Positions 29,950 through 39,135 of a stretch of DNA of 64,000 bases are shown here, piece by piece (within the stretch, counting starts at the first letter, position 1; each line of letters starts with the position of its first letter). The notes under the pieces were generated by a model. The model had not been told where the DNA came from, did not search any database, and worked only from the letters and a program-made list of their open reading frames with translations. Location: NCBI GenBank assembly GCA_023898585.1, contig CP060229.1:462763-526762 (forward strand). The letters are read 5' to 3'. A program made the position numbers and the translations under genes. Source of the stretch: Candidatus Nomurabacteria bacterium. GTDB taxonomy: Bacteria; Patescibacteriota; Minisyncoccia; Phycocordibacterales; UBA918.

Positions 29950-30332
29950 TTCGTAGGCTTCATTTAGGAAAAGTTTATGTCCAAGGGGACAGTTTGATGG
30001 TCGTCAGAGTCCGCTCGCGCAGCGGAACAGCGTACGACCACAGCTGCCCACCAAGCATGCAAAAACAGTAAAGATGTCTCCTGAGGCGAGCGCCACCTGG
30101 CGCGTTAGTGACGGGCACTGCGCAGACTGTTAACATTGCATACTTTTCGTCGGGAGTGTTCGAAAGAACCCCCTTGGACTCCCGTTCTTTTACGTCGAGA
30201 CAATTTTGGTCCCCGGTAGCTTAGTTGGCAGAGTAGCTGAATGCAAATCAGTGAACACTGGTTCGACTACAGTCCGGGGAACCAAAATTGTCTCACGTAC
30301 CATTTCAAACAAGCGTTTGAATCCTAAATGAA
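29950..30332 (+). other. intervening sequence (about 345 nt) inserted in the apical loop of 23S helix 45, closed by a 20-bp stem (UUCGUAGGCUUCAUUUAGGA / UCCUAAAUGAAGCCUACGAG)
   Basis: Flanks align to E. coli H45 (GCGGCAGCGACGC..GCGUUGUUGGGUAGGGGAGCGU); the interior has no 23S homology. Confidence 0.7.
30210..30284 (+). ncRNA. tRNA-like cloverleaf (anticodon-loop GCA, encoded ACCA 3' end) embedded inside the helix-45 insertion, carried on a 21-bp extended stem
   Basis: UCCCCGG acceptor/CCGGGGA, D-arm GCUU..AGUUGGCAGAGU, anticodon stem GCUGA/UCAGU with loop AUGCAAA, T-loop UUCGACU but G53-A61 mismatch; flanked by GAGACAAUUUUGG / CCAAAAUUGUCUC. Confidence 0.45.
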
Positions 30333-30865
30333 GCCTACGAGTGGTAGGAGAGCGTCCATCTCTGCGATGAATCCAAGGCGGGAGCCGCGGTGGAGCGAGG
30401 TGGAGTGAGAATGCCGGCACAAGTAACCGCAAGGCAGGTGAGAACCCTGCCCGCCGAAATACCAAGGTTTCCTTTGCGATGGTGATCATCGAAGGGTTAG
30501 TCGGTCCTAAGGGAATCCCGAATGGGGGACCCGATGGAGAGCAGGTTAATATTCCTGCACACTGTTATGTTCCTATGGAGGGACGGAGCGTTGTACCCAA
30601 AGCTTCTTATTGGATTGGAGCTGGAGCTATGAGCGTGTTACTTAGGTAAATCCGGGTAGCAATAGCGCGAGTAGGGTCTGAATGTGAGCCTTCGGGTGAG
30701 CAAATAAGGGGAGCACGCTTCCGAGAAAAACTTCGTTTGGGTTAAGCATAATGGTTCCGTACCGCAAACCGACACAGGTGGTAGAGTCGAGAAGACTAAG
30801 GCGAACGAGTGAGAGGTCCTCAAGGAACTCGGCAAAATAGCGGCCGTAACTTCGGGATAAGGCCC

Positions 30866-31174
30866 GCCAGCCCTAGATTTGGGGTATGATAGTTGAATGC
30901 ACGCTGTGTACGTGATTCAAAACAATGAGACTAAAGAAGTCTATATTGGTCGTACTGCCAATCTCAAAACAAGACTGGTTGAACACAATTCGCGCGGTAA
31001 GAAAAGCACCACGCGCAATAGTGGCAGCTGGAAGTATATTTATGTTGAACTTTTTCGAAGTACTGATGATGCTATTGAGCGCGAAAAGAAGCTCAAAGCG
31101 CACGGTAGTGGTAAACAAAAGTTGATGTCACGACTTCGAAAAAGCTTGTTTTGAGCCCCAAATCTAGGGCTGGC
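30866..31174 (+). other. 23S helix (E. coli about 1710-1750 region) expanded by a 271-nt loop that consists almost exactly of a GIY-YIG ORF
   Basis: Stem GCCAGCCCUAGAUUUGGGG / CCCCAAAUCUAGGGCUGGC; the ORF starts 12 nt after the stem and stops 1 nt before it. Confidence 0.65.
30897..31154 (+). CDS. small GIY-YIG nuclease-domain protein encoded inside 23S rRNA
   Basis: VYVIQNNETKEVYIGRTANLKTRLVEHN (GIY..YIG, Arg, Glu); 85 aa; paralogue at 54231-54500. Confidence 0.6.
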   Translation: MHAVYVIQNNETKEVYIGRTANLKTRLVEHNSRGKKSTTRNSGSWKYIYVELFRSTDDAIEREKKLKAHGSGKQKLMSRLRKSLF

Positions 31175-31366
31175 CGCAGCGAAAGATTTCCTGCCGACTG
31201 TTTAACAAAAACACAGCTCTCTGCTAACACGAAAGTGGATGTATAGAGGGTGACGCCTGACCTATGCCGGAAGGTTAAGTACGGATGGTGATATGAGATT
31301 CGTCTTGTATTGCTGGGCTGTATAAGCCCCGGTAAATGTCAGCGATAACTATAATCGTTCTAAGGT

Positions 31367-31599
31367 CGAGTGCGTGATTTATTCGTGCATTCGACGGATT
31401 GGGACGATTGTAGAGTTAAATAGCCTAGCCATAGTTACCTTGCGACACAGAAATGTGGCGCATAATCCAAACCAAGCCGTCAAGAGACCAGATGCTTGGC
31501 ACCGCAGCACACGGATCATTGATCTGGGGTGGTGGTGAAGATAGAGTCCAATTGTGAAATGTCCCCGCTACGTTTGTGGTGGAGGAGAAGGAAAAATTG
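31367..31599 (+). other. 233-nt ORF-less intervening sequence at the conserved CUAAGGU|AGCGAAAUUCC site (E. coli about 1917); probable minimal group I intron
   Basis: Exons rejoin to CUAAGGU+AGCGUAUUUCCUUGUCGGGUAAGUUCCGAC; the insert follows a U and ends in G. Confidence 0.55.
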
Positions 31600-32202
31600 A
31601 GCGTATTTCCTTGTCGGGTAAGTTCCGACGTGCACGAATGGCGTAACGAGTGGGAAACTGTCTCGAGGACCTGCTCGGTGAAAATACAATCCCGGTAAAG
31701 ATGCCGGGTACCTGCAGTTAGACGAAAAGACCCCAGGAGCTTTACTGTAATTTCGTATTGGGGCTGTTGAGTTAATGCGTAGCATAGGAAGGAGACTTTG
31801 AAGCGAGCTTTCGGGTATCGTGGAGTCACCAGTGAAATACTTCCCTTTATTTTGGCAGTCTCTAACCGGTGTGGCAAAACCACATCGAGACAGTGCGTGA
31901 TAGGCAGTTTTAGTGGGGCGCTACCCTCCCAAATCGTAACGGAGGGGTCTCAAGGTTGGTTAGGCGCGAATGGAAACCGTGCCGATAGTGTAATGGCATA
32001 AACCAGCTTGACTGTGAGGAGTAGATTCCGAACAGATACGAAAGTAGAGCATAGTGAACCGATGGTTGGCTTTAGACGCCGCCGGAGATTACCCGATAAA
32101 AGTTACCCTGGGGATAACAGGCTAGTTGTGCCCAAGCGTCCATAGCGACGGCACAGTTCGGCACCTCGATGTCGGCTCATCTTATCCTGGGGCTGGAGCA
32201 AA

Positions 32203-33024
32203 CCATATCTGCTCTCCTTGCTGGAAACAGCAAGGTAATCGGTTGGTGGATTTTGTCTTTGGCATAATCCACCAACCGGACTGTAACAATGCGGTACCCT
32301 CCGCGGTACAGGAAACAAGCTCAAAACGGAGAAGGCTGACTCATGCGGTCTAGGGAAGACAAATGACCTGCAGTTTCGCAGGTCCCAGGTGTGCTACACT
32401 TGGAGTATGAGAGCTAATTCCGTAGGAAAGATGTGTTCTGAAGTCGATCTGGCATATGTTGCTGGTTTGGTTGATGGAGATGGCGCTATCATGGCGTGTA
32501 TCGAACCACACCAAGAAAAGAAGTTTCGGTTCAGAGTAAGGGTTGTTTTCAAAGTCACTCAAAAACACAAGGAAGACTTAATATTTCTTGAAAAATTGTT
32601 TGAGTGTGGCTTAATAAGACAAAACGGATCAACATACGATTGGATAGTGCGCGATCAACAATCGCTCGCTACCATACTTGGTATGTTACTCCCTTACTCC
32701 CGCTCGAAACAGCAGCAAATTAAGCTTGCGTTAGATATTCTTCATACTGAAATAGTAACCAAAGAAGACCTACTGCGAGTTGCCACATTGGCGGATGCAT
32801 TGTCACGGTTTAACGTTCGGTCCAACAACCGACGAAAAAACCATGTGACAATGATCCAAGAACACATTTCCTCTAACGACTGATCGCTACTGGTTGGCAG
32901 TAGCGTGAGATATACCCGCTTTGTGGGGTATCACACGGCTTGCACCTACGGTGCGTGTGGTGACACGCGTACTACGGTGATGGAATAGTCTGATCTATGC
33001 GGGAACGCATAGTTAACAGCAAAA
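32203..33024 (+). other. about 820-nt group I-type intron in the peptidyl-transferase region (GGGGCUG.AG | .AGGUCCCAAGGG), carrying a LAGLIDADG ORF
   Basis: Exons align to E. coli GGGGCUGAAGUAGGUCCCAAGGGUAUGGCUGUUCGCC; exact boundaries are ambiguous by ±3 nt (AGCAAA repeated at both junctions). Confidence 0.65.
32389..32883 (+). CDS. LAGLIDADG homing endonuclease (single-motif), intron-encoded
   Basis: DLAYVAGLVDGDGAIMA motif; 164 aa. Confidence 0.75.
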   Translation: MCYTWSMRANSVGKMCSEVDLAYVAGLVDGDGAIMACIEPHQEKKFRFRVRVVFKVTQKHKEDLIFLEKLFECGLIRQNGSTYDWIVRDQQSLATILGMLLPYSRSKQQQIKLALDILHTEIVTKEDLLRVATLADALSRFNVRSNNRRKNHVTMIQEHISSND

Positions 33025-33068
33025 TGAGGTCCCAAGGGTTTGGCTGTTCGCCAATTAAAAAGATACGC

Positions 33069-33102
<34 letters not shown>

Positions 33103-33150
33103 CTCCTATCTACTGCAGGCGTCGATTCTTGAGGAGAGTTGTCCGTAGTA

Positions 33151-33938
33151 AGTAATTGCTACTTCAAGGAGAGATCCTTGATGACAATACGGCTTATAAC
33201 GGTGAAGTCTAAGTCAAATCTGGTTTTAGAGAATGATTGACCAAGGTCCAGTGTCAATCAAACTCGCTTGAGGACCGGAATCTTGATATGATAATACCGT
33301 GGGAAGTCGATCCGACACAGATTTAGCATACATTGCGGGTTTCCTTGATGGAGACGGAAGCATTATGTTGCAGGTAAAGTCGCGTAGCGATACAAATCGC
33401 GGAGTGCGCTTTATGGCAACTATCTGCCTCTATCAAGATACTCGTCACGAGAGTCCACTGTTGTGGATGCGTGAAATCTTTGGTATCGGGTACATATCAC
33501 ACCGTAAGGATAGTATTACCGAACTGAGAGTTAATGGTTTTGCTTCGGTAAGAAGAATACTCATTTTGCTCCAGCCTTACATTAGGTTCAAACAAGTACA
33601 AGTAACAGCATTGTTGAATGCTTGCGAAATACTTGGTGGCCGCAGGGTTGGTGATCTGAATGAAGTCCAGCTGAAAGAGTTGGTTGATCTGGTTTTTTTG
33701 ATCAGGGAAAACAACTATAAAAGCAGGCAGACGCTTACCAAAGAAACATTGCTACTGCGTTTGGGTTTGACCCCGTAACGACTTGCACTGAAATATGTGC
33801 AGACCGCATGTTGATGAATCATTTCTTTGAAAATGACTGACCATGCAGGTAACATGCCGTCGCCCTCGCCCTTTGCCTTTCAAGGTGCAGGGACGGGTGA
33901 AGATATAGTCTGTGCTCCTAGAAATAGGGGAATCCACG
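33151..33938 (+). other. about 788-nt group I-type intron inserted within the sarcin-ricin loop (…UCCGUAGUA | CGAGAGGACC…), carrying a LAGLIDADG ORF
   Basis: Joined exons give UUGAGGAGAGUUGUCCGUAGUACGAGAGGACCCGG, which aligns to E. coli CUGAGGGGGGCUGCUCCUAGUACGAGAGGACCGG; the intron ends in G. Confidence 0.6.
33299..33778 (+). CDS. LAGLIDADG homing endonuclease (single-motif), intron-encoded
   Basis: DLAYIAGFLDGDGSIML motif; 159 aa. Confidence 0.75.
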   Translation: MGSRSDTDLAYIAGFLDGDGSIMLQVKSRSDTNRGVRFMATICLYQDTRHESPLLWMREIFGIGYISHRKDSITELRVNGFASVRRILILLQPYIRFKQVQVTALLNACEILGGRRVGDLNEVQLKELVDLVFLIRENNYKSRQTLTKETLLLRLGLTP

Positions 33939-34017
33939 ACGAGAGGACCCGGATGAACGAACCTCTGGTCTATCGGCTGTCACGCCAGTGGCATTGCCGA
34001 GTAGCTATGTTCGGAAC

Positions 34018-34050
<33 letters not shown>

Positions 34051-34430
34051 GCCTCCAAGATAAGGAATCATTAAGTCCCCAGAGAGATGATCTGGTTGAT
34101 AGGCACTAGGTAGAAGTACAGCAATGTATGGAGCCGAGGTGTACTAATAGGACGTAGTTTCCTGTAAGGAACGTTGTACATCAACTGAAACTTACATAAT
34201 TGTCGTACTGCCGCGTTGTGCATCGGTAAAATAATTCTCTCTGGACGTCTAGTCCCGTTCGAATTATTTTCCTCGCACGCCTTGCATTACAAACAATTTT
34301 GAGAATTTTCAGCCGGTTGTATAACTTTTTACAAACGTTGACACCGTTGCACAATTTTTTGAGAAGAGGTGTTTTACCTACAAAAACAAACCAACTTACC
34401 ACTTTGTCTTCAACATAAGGGAGACAAGTA

Positions 34431-34715
34431 ATGGAAAATAGAAATCCGAACGTATACGAAGGTGTTTTTTCTAAAGTTACATTTCGTAGGGTGTCTGGAA
34501 TGTCAAAAGATGATTCTCGGCGGGTTGAATCATTCATTGTTACTATTTTCGATAGTAACGGTAATGAATTTGATGTTGTAACAATCACACCTGAAGAATT
34601 ACGTCAATGGACGGGTTTTGTTATGACTCCGGGCAGTGACAGTTTAAAAAGTGTCAACAAAAAAGAACCTTTGATCTTGAGAGTTAAAAACTCCAGTGAG
34701 GAGTATTTATATTGA
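34431..34715 (+). CDS. possible 94-aa protein gene inside the 23S-5S spacer
   Basis: AAGGGAGA purine tract 7 nt before the ATG; ORF MENRNPNVYEGVFSKVTFRR...; no recognisable family. Confidence 0.25.
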   Translation: MENRNPNVYEGVFSKVTFRRVSGMSKDDSRRVESFIVTIFDSNGNEFDVVTITPEELRQWTGFVMTPGSDSLKSVNKKEPLILRVKNSSEEYLY

Positions 34716-35005
34716 TTGTTCTTTAGCCCACATGGACGTTGAGGCTAAAGTGGTGTGTTGGTTAAATAAAACATGAATATGCGAATTCAATCGCGTGAAA
34801 TGGTTCACGGATTGTGAAACTGTAGCCATTTGACCACCGATCTCTTGGTGTTTCGTAACTCTGTACCATTACGGGGGTGGTCTAGTCTCAGACTAGACCA
34901 TCCCTACCATTTTACGAGGTGTTCTGGCATTACAAAGCCAATGGGTCCGACTCCCAACACCCCACCATTTCACGCGATTGAAGAAAAGTTAAATTTGAAA
35001 GTTTT

Positions 35006-35230
35006 AAGTTGGTGTTTTGGGATTGAAATTGTCTGGGTGAGAAAGCGTGGGACGCTTTCGCAAGACCTTTTGAGAAAATTTATTTTCCAAAAGGTATACA
35101 GCTTCTGTAAGAAGACAATTTCAAGGGTACACAACTTAAAAAATAAAAAATCAAATCGAGCCTTTCAAGTTGGTGCTTTGGGGGAAGGGGTGAGATAGCG
35201 TGGGGCGCTTTCACCACAAGGGTACTTCTT
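35006..35230 (+). repeat. two tandem degenerate copies of the 5S rRNA 5' end (AAGUUGGUG[U/C]UUUGGG…GUGAGA[A/U]AGCGUGGG[A/G]CGCUUUC), each preceded by an A-rich AAAUUGAAAGUU motif that also precedes the real 5S gene
   Basis: Direct comparison with the 5S 5' end CAAGUUGGUGAUUUGGGGAGAGGGG at 35372. Confidence 0.6.
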
Positions 35231-35371
35231 GTTTGATAAATCAAACAATGTCGCGCAGACCTTGCCAGATATTTCTGGAGTTTACGAACAGAAATATCGA
35301 CAAGGTGTACAGCATCTGTTAAGATGCACCCGTTCTCAAGAAGAAAATTGAAAATGAAATAAATTGAAAGT

Positions 35372-35484
35372 TGCAAGTTGGTGATTTGGGGAGAGGGGTA
35401 CACCCGTTCTCATTCCGAACACGGAAGTAAAGTCTCTTACCACCGATGGTACTGCGCAAGCGGAAGAGTAGGTAGTCGCCAACT
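35372..35484 (+). rRNA. rrf: 5S rRNA
   Basis: Helix I CAAGUUGGUG / CGCCAACUUG; CCGAACACGGAAGUAAAG; GAGUAGGUAGUCGCC. Confidence 0.85.
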
Positions 35485-35573
35485 TGGAGCTTTCAATTTT
35501 CTTTTTAAAAATAAGCCGTCTAGGCTTGTTTTTGTATTCCGAGCCCTAAAGGACTAGGAAAATATGTTCCTTC

Positions 35574-35754
35574 CAGTCACTATTTTCCTGAGCACGAAGT
35601 AAAGTCTCTTACCACCGACAAAATCATCTCCCAGATAATTTTGTCCCATTAATTTGGGAAGAGTAAGCAGAGCTTTCTAACTCGTCGCTCGCATCATGGA
35701 TGTAAGTAGACTTCCATCAGGATACCCGCTAGAGTTAGTAGGTAGGCGCCAACT
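35574..35754 (+). pseudogene. fragmented second 5S copy: internal 5S segment (CACGAAGUAAAGUCUCUUACCACCGA) and 3' end (GAGUUAGUAGGUAGGCGCCAACUU) separated by about 130 nt of unrelated sequence, with no 5S 5' part
   Basis: Sequence identity to 35417-35444 and 35464-35485. Confidence 0.5.
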
Positions 35755-35919
35755 TTAAGTGCTCGATTTTTTTTGTGAAAACTTACCTAGAACTTTATTT
35801 TCACCATATCTGTCAACCTCCACACTCTCTGTCTTATCCCCACCAACCACTCCACTCGTTTTTTTTTACACCCGCCGGTTGATACAATGACGTCAAGTAT
35901 TAAAAATTAATCTTTTTGT

Positions 35920-38900
35920 ATGTTACGTATCAAACAGTTTATTGGCTTATTCATAGTGACGTTATTTGTGGTTCCGGTTATCTCCTTGGCTCAGAGCGAA
36001 ACTGGCGCGTCCCCGGAGCAAGGATTAGAGGAAATGCCACCAGCTCCTGAGCTATACGAAGGACCAACAGCCAGACCGGCTTTTCTCGATGATTTAGAGA
36101 CTCCGGAAGACTACGACGCTCTCACTCCGGAACAAAAAGCCGAAGCCGAAGCCTACTTCATGTCTGTTTCTGATGTGATCATCATCGCTACCACTGAACT
36201 ATATAACGCAAAGATCAATAGTCAGAACAACAACCAAGTCGAGATCATATTCGATATAGCGAATGGGAAAGGCGCACAGCCCGGAGTTAAGTATCGAGTT
36301 GACTTGATGAAAGAAACAGCAGATGGTCAAGAGATAGTTGATACTAAGGTCTTCGACGAAGTATTGAGTATTCGTGAAAATGAAACCATCAACAAAAGTA
36401 TTACCTATTCGGCTCCCAAATATCTCTCAGGCGAATACACCATCTTCATGACCTTAGAAAATAACAGTGGCTTAACCTTGGCTCTTGGTCCGGTTGAAGG
36501 CACGGTTACTCTAACCGGCGATGGATCCGGCTACGTGGAGCTGAAAGAAAGTAGCTGTCACCTAACCATACCGGGAGATACGACCGAATACCTACCGGCC
36601 CAAGGAGTTGATATTACCTCGGAAGAATCGCTGAACGTAACCTGCGAGATCACCCACACTTTCACTGAAGCAACCACTGTATTTCCCGTCATGGCTATCT
36701 TTGAGCGAAGTCTAACCGGAAAGCTGATACGTGGAGCAGAAACTCTAACCGAAAACGAAGTCACACTAAAGCCAAACACACCAGCTACCATCACTCTACC
36801 TCTCTCTCTAGCTACCGCTCCACAATCCTACGACACCACTCTGTCCTTTGTGATTTCCGGTGGACAAAGTGTTTCTCAAACCATCCCTCTGCACTACGTG
36901 ATACGCGGTCTTAGCGGTACCATTCAGAATGTCCTGCTCGATAAAGACTTTTATAAAAAGGGAGAAAACGCGGAAATATCTTTCACCTGGACGGGAAGCG
37001 CTGATGGTTTTCCTGACTCACGTTATGGTGAAGAAAGCGAAGTGGAAGAACCCATGGCGGTAGTATCAGTGGTTGATGGCAAAGGGGTAGCTTGTTCCGA
37101 TGAAAAGAGGGTTCCTTTGGAAGACATACAGACGAGCATTTCTCTACCTATTACGTCCGATTGTTTAAATCCGGTAGTTTCCGCTTTTCTCTACGACGGA
37201 CAGACTATGCTTGATGAAAAGACATACGACATCAACTCTAAAGAAGGAGCTGTCACTGTCGAACCACCAGTAACAGAAGAACCTAAAAGCCAACCATCGC
37301 CTTTGATTATCGTCACCATAATCATCTTAATCCTGATTATCGCTACCGTCCTTTATATTATAAAGAAAAAACAAAACGGTGATGATAGTAATGATTCGGT
37401 CAATGATGACTTGGGTGGCACCGGCAAAGGTGTACCAACCGCCATGTTGTTCTTCATTGCCACTGCTATAGTCGGAGCTGGGTTGTTTGTACCGAATGAT
37501 AGGGAGGTGGAGGCGATGACGTATACACTTAAGTGTGCGACTGCTAAAGATCATAAATGTGCCAAAATAAGGAGAAGTTCCGCGACCACCATCAGTCTTA
37601 ATAAGGGTGGTAATTCTCCCAAATACAATCAGGGTGACACAATAACAGCTAGTGCTTCGGTTAATATGTGGCAGTGTGCCAATGGTGGTTATTATCTAGC
37701 TGTTTACGCCAGAACAGCTGGATCATCATTTAAAAAACTAGCCTCTTCGTATTATGGTAGCGATGCCGGTTCCGCGAATTTCAAAGCTCCGAATGTATCA
37801 GGTTCCAACCACGTTACTTTCTGGTTCCATACAGCCCATGAAAATGGAAGTGAGAATGAATACTACAACTATCCCTACACCGTCCTTCCTCCACCAAATA
37901 CCGATCCAACCTTCAGCTTCACTCCGAAATCAGGAAACTCACACTTGGCCGGTGAATCGCAGAAATTTACCGCCAAAGGTAATGATGGTGACGGAGATGA
38001 TTTAAAATACAAAGTCGAATGGAACGATGGCGATCAATGGTTGCCTGCTTCTGGTCGTGTCGCTCAAGGTACTTCACTGGAAGCTTCTAAAATATGGAAT
38101 TCTGGAGGTAACTATTCCTACCGAGCCCGTGCAGTAGATACCAGTAACGCTGTTTCCGGTTGGGTAAACGGGAGTATTGAAATCTGCTCACAATACCAAT
38201 TCTGGAACAGCACTAACTGTGAGAATTATGTCTGTCAGGGCACACTCCCTACTCTTACCGCCTTCCACGGGAGTGCTGGTACAAACCTAACAAACGGTAC
38301 AACTCCAATTTCATACACCTCCACCCCAACCGGAGCCAAATGTGAATACGGCTGTACTACTGGCTCTAATCGAGATCTTGTTAACAATAAATGTATAGGA
38401 GTCACTCTCAATCCTTCAGATTGTCAGATTCCTATTGGTGATAGTGTTTGCAAAGCTAATGTCTCTTGGGCAACATCTAACATTATCAGTCCACAAATTC
38501 TCCTTGACGGTGGATCATTTTCTTCCTCTCCAAATGGAACGAATGTTCAAACTCCGGACTTAGATTTTGGTAATCATAAAGTAGAAATTGAGGATGATGG
38601 GGGAATGGTGCAGATAGTCAAAGAATTCGAAGCTAGGTGTGTTGGAGGCGCAGCTTGGAATATCTTGACAACTCCACCGCAATGCACCGTAGCTCTCCAA
38701 CCTCTGGAACCGGGTGTTAAGATTGAAGCGAACCCTAGTATTGTTCGTAAAGGAGACACAGCGGTAATAATAGTTGATGTTACCTCAGACGCTGACGTAA
38801 CTTGTGAGTTGATCAATGCTCAAAACAATGCGGTTCCAATTAAACACATCGCCAATACACCTACTCACAAAGAAATAACTACCAAAAACCTTACCTCAGC

Positions 38901-39003
38901 TCAGATAGTACAATTAACTTGTTCCTTTGACGCCTTTCCAAGTTTGGGAGAAGTTGTTAAACAAACTAGAATAGAAATTATCCCGGTTCCGGAAGAGATA
39001 TAG
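35920..39003 (+). CDS. large (1027 aa) cell-surface protein: signal peptide, extracellular domain, central TM segment, Cys-rich C-terminal beta region
   Basis: MLRIKQFIGLFIVTLFVVPVISLAQS signal; PLIIVTIIILILIIATVLYIIKKKQ TM; many Cys pairs later. Confidence 0.55.
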   Translation: MLRIKQFIGLFIVTLFVVPVISLAQSETGASPEQGLEEMPPAPELYEGPTARPAFLDDLETPEDYDALTPEQKAEAEAYFMSVSDVIIIATTELYNAKINSQNNNQVEIIFDIANGKGAQPGVKYRVDLMKETADGQEIVDTKVFDEVLSIRENETINKSITYSAPKYLSGEYTIFMTLENNSGLTLALGPVEGTVTLTGDGSGYVELKESSCHLTIPGDTTEYLPAQGVDITSEESLNVTCEITHTFTEATTVFPVMAIFERSLTGKLIRGAETLTENEVTLKPNTPATITLPLSLATAPQSYDTTLSFVISGGQSVSQTIPLHYVIRGLSGTIQNVLLDKDFYKKGENAEISFTWTGSADGFPDSRYGEESEVEEPMAVVSVVDGKGVACSDEKRVPLEDIQTSISLPITSDCLNPVVSAFLYDGQTMLDEKTYDINSKEGAVTVEPPVTEEPKSQPSPLIIVTIIILILIIATVLYIIKKKQNGDDSNDSVNDDLGGTGKGVPTAMLFFIATAIVGAGLFVPNDREVEAMTYTLKCATAKDHKCAKIRRSSATTISLNKGGNSPKYNQGDTITASASVNMWQCANGGYYLAVYARTAGSSFKKLASSYYGSDAGSANFKAPNVSGSNHVTFWFHTAHENGSENEYYNYPYTVLPPPNTDPTFSFTPKSGNSHLAGESQKFTAKGNDGDGDDLKYKVEWNDGDQWLPASGRVAQGTSLEASKIWNSGGNYSYRARAVDTSNAVSGWVNGSIEICSQYQFWNSTNCENYVCQGTLPTLTAFHGSAGTNLTNGTTPISYTSTPTGAKCEYGCTTGSNRDLVNNKCIGVTLNPSDCQIPIGDSVCKANVSWATSNIISPQILLDGGSFSSSPNGTNVQTPDLDFGNHKVEIEDDGGMVQIVKEFEARCVGGAAWNILTTPPQCTVALQPLEPGVKIEANPSIVRKGDTAVIIVDVTSDADVTCELINAQNNAVPIKHIANTPTHKEITTKNLTSAQIVQLTCSFDAFPSLGEVVKQTRIEIIPVPEEI

Positions 39004-39135
39004 TAACGACTCTTTCTGTTTGATCTCTCTTAAGACAAGCAGGCCAAACAAAACACCACGCTCATGATCTGCGTGGTGTTTTGTTGGATATGTAACCGCC
39101 AAAATTTTCAATGACCTGATACAATAAGAAGCATC

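Noticed and set aside
30210-30284. Calling the tRNA-like element in the 23S insertion a functional tRNA-Cys gene.
   Set aside because: It is embedded in rRNA. It has a U1-A72 start and a G53-A61 mismatch closing the T-loop. It is kept as tRNA-like ncRNA only.
33905-33920. Alternative placement of the 5' exon of the third intron at CUGUGCUCCUAG (which would leave the SRL intact but add a 17-nt insertion).
   Set aside because: That would put 17 extra nt inside the sarcin-ricin loop itself. The upstream UUGUCCGUAGUA aligns better with the flanking helix, so the SRL-splitting placement was retained with the ambiguity noted.
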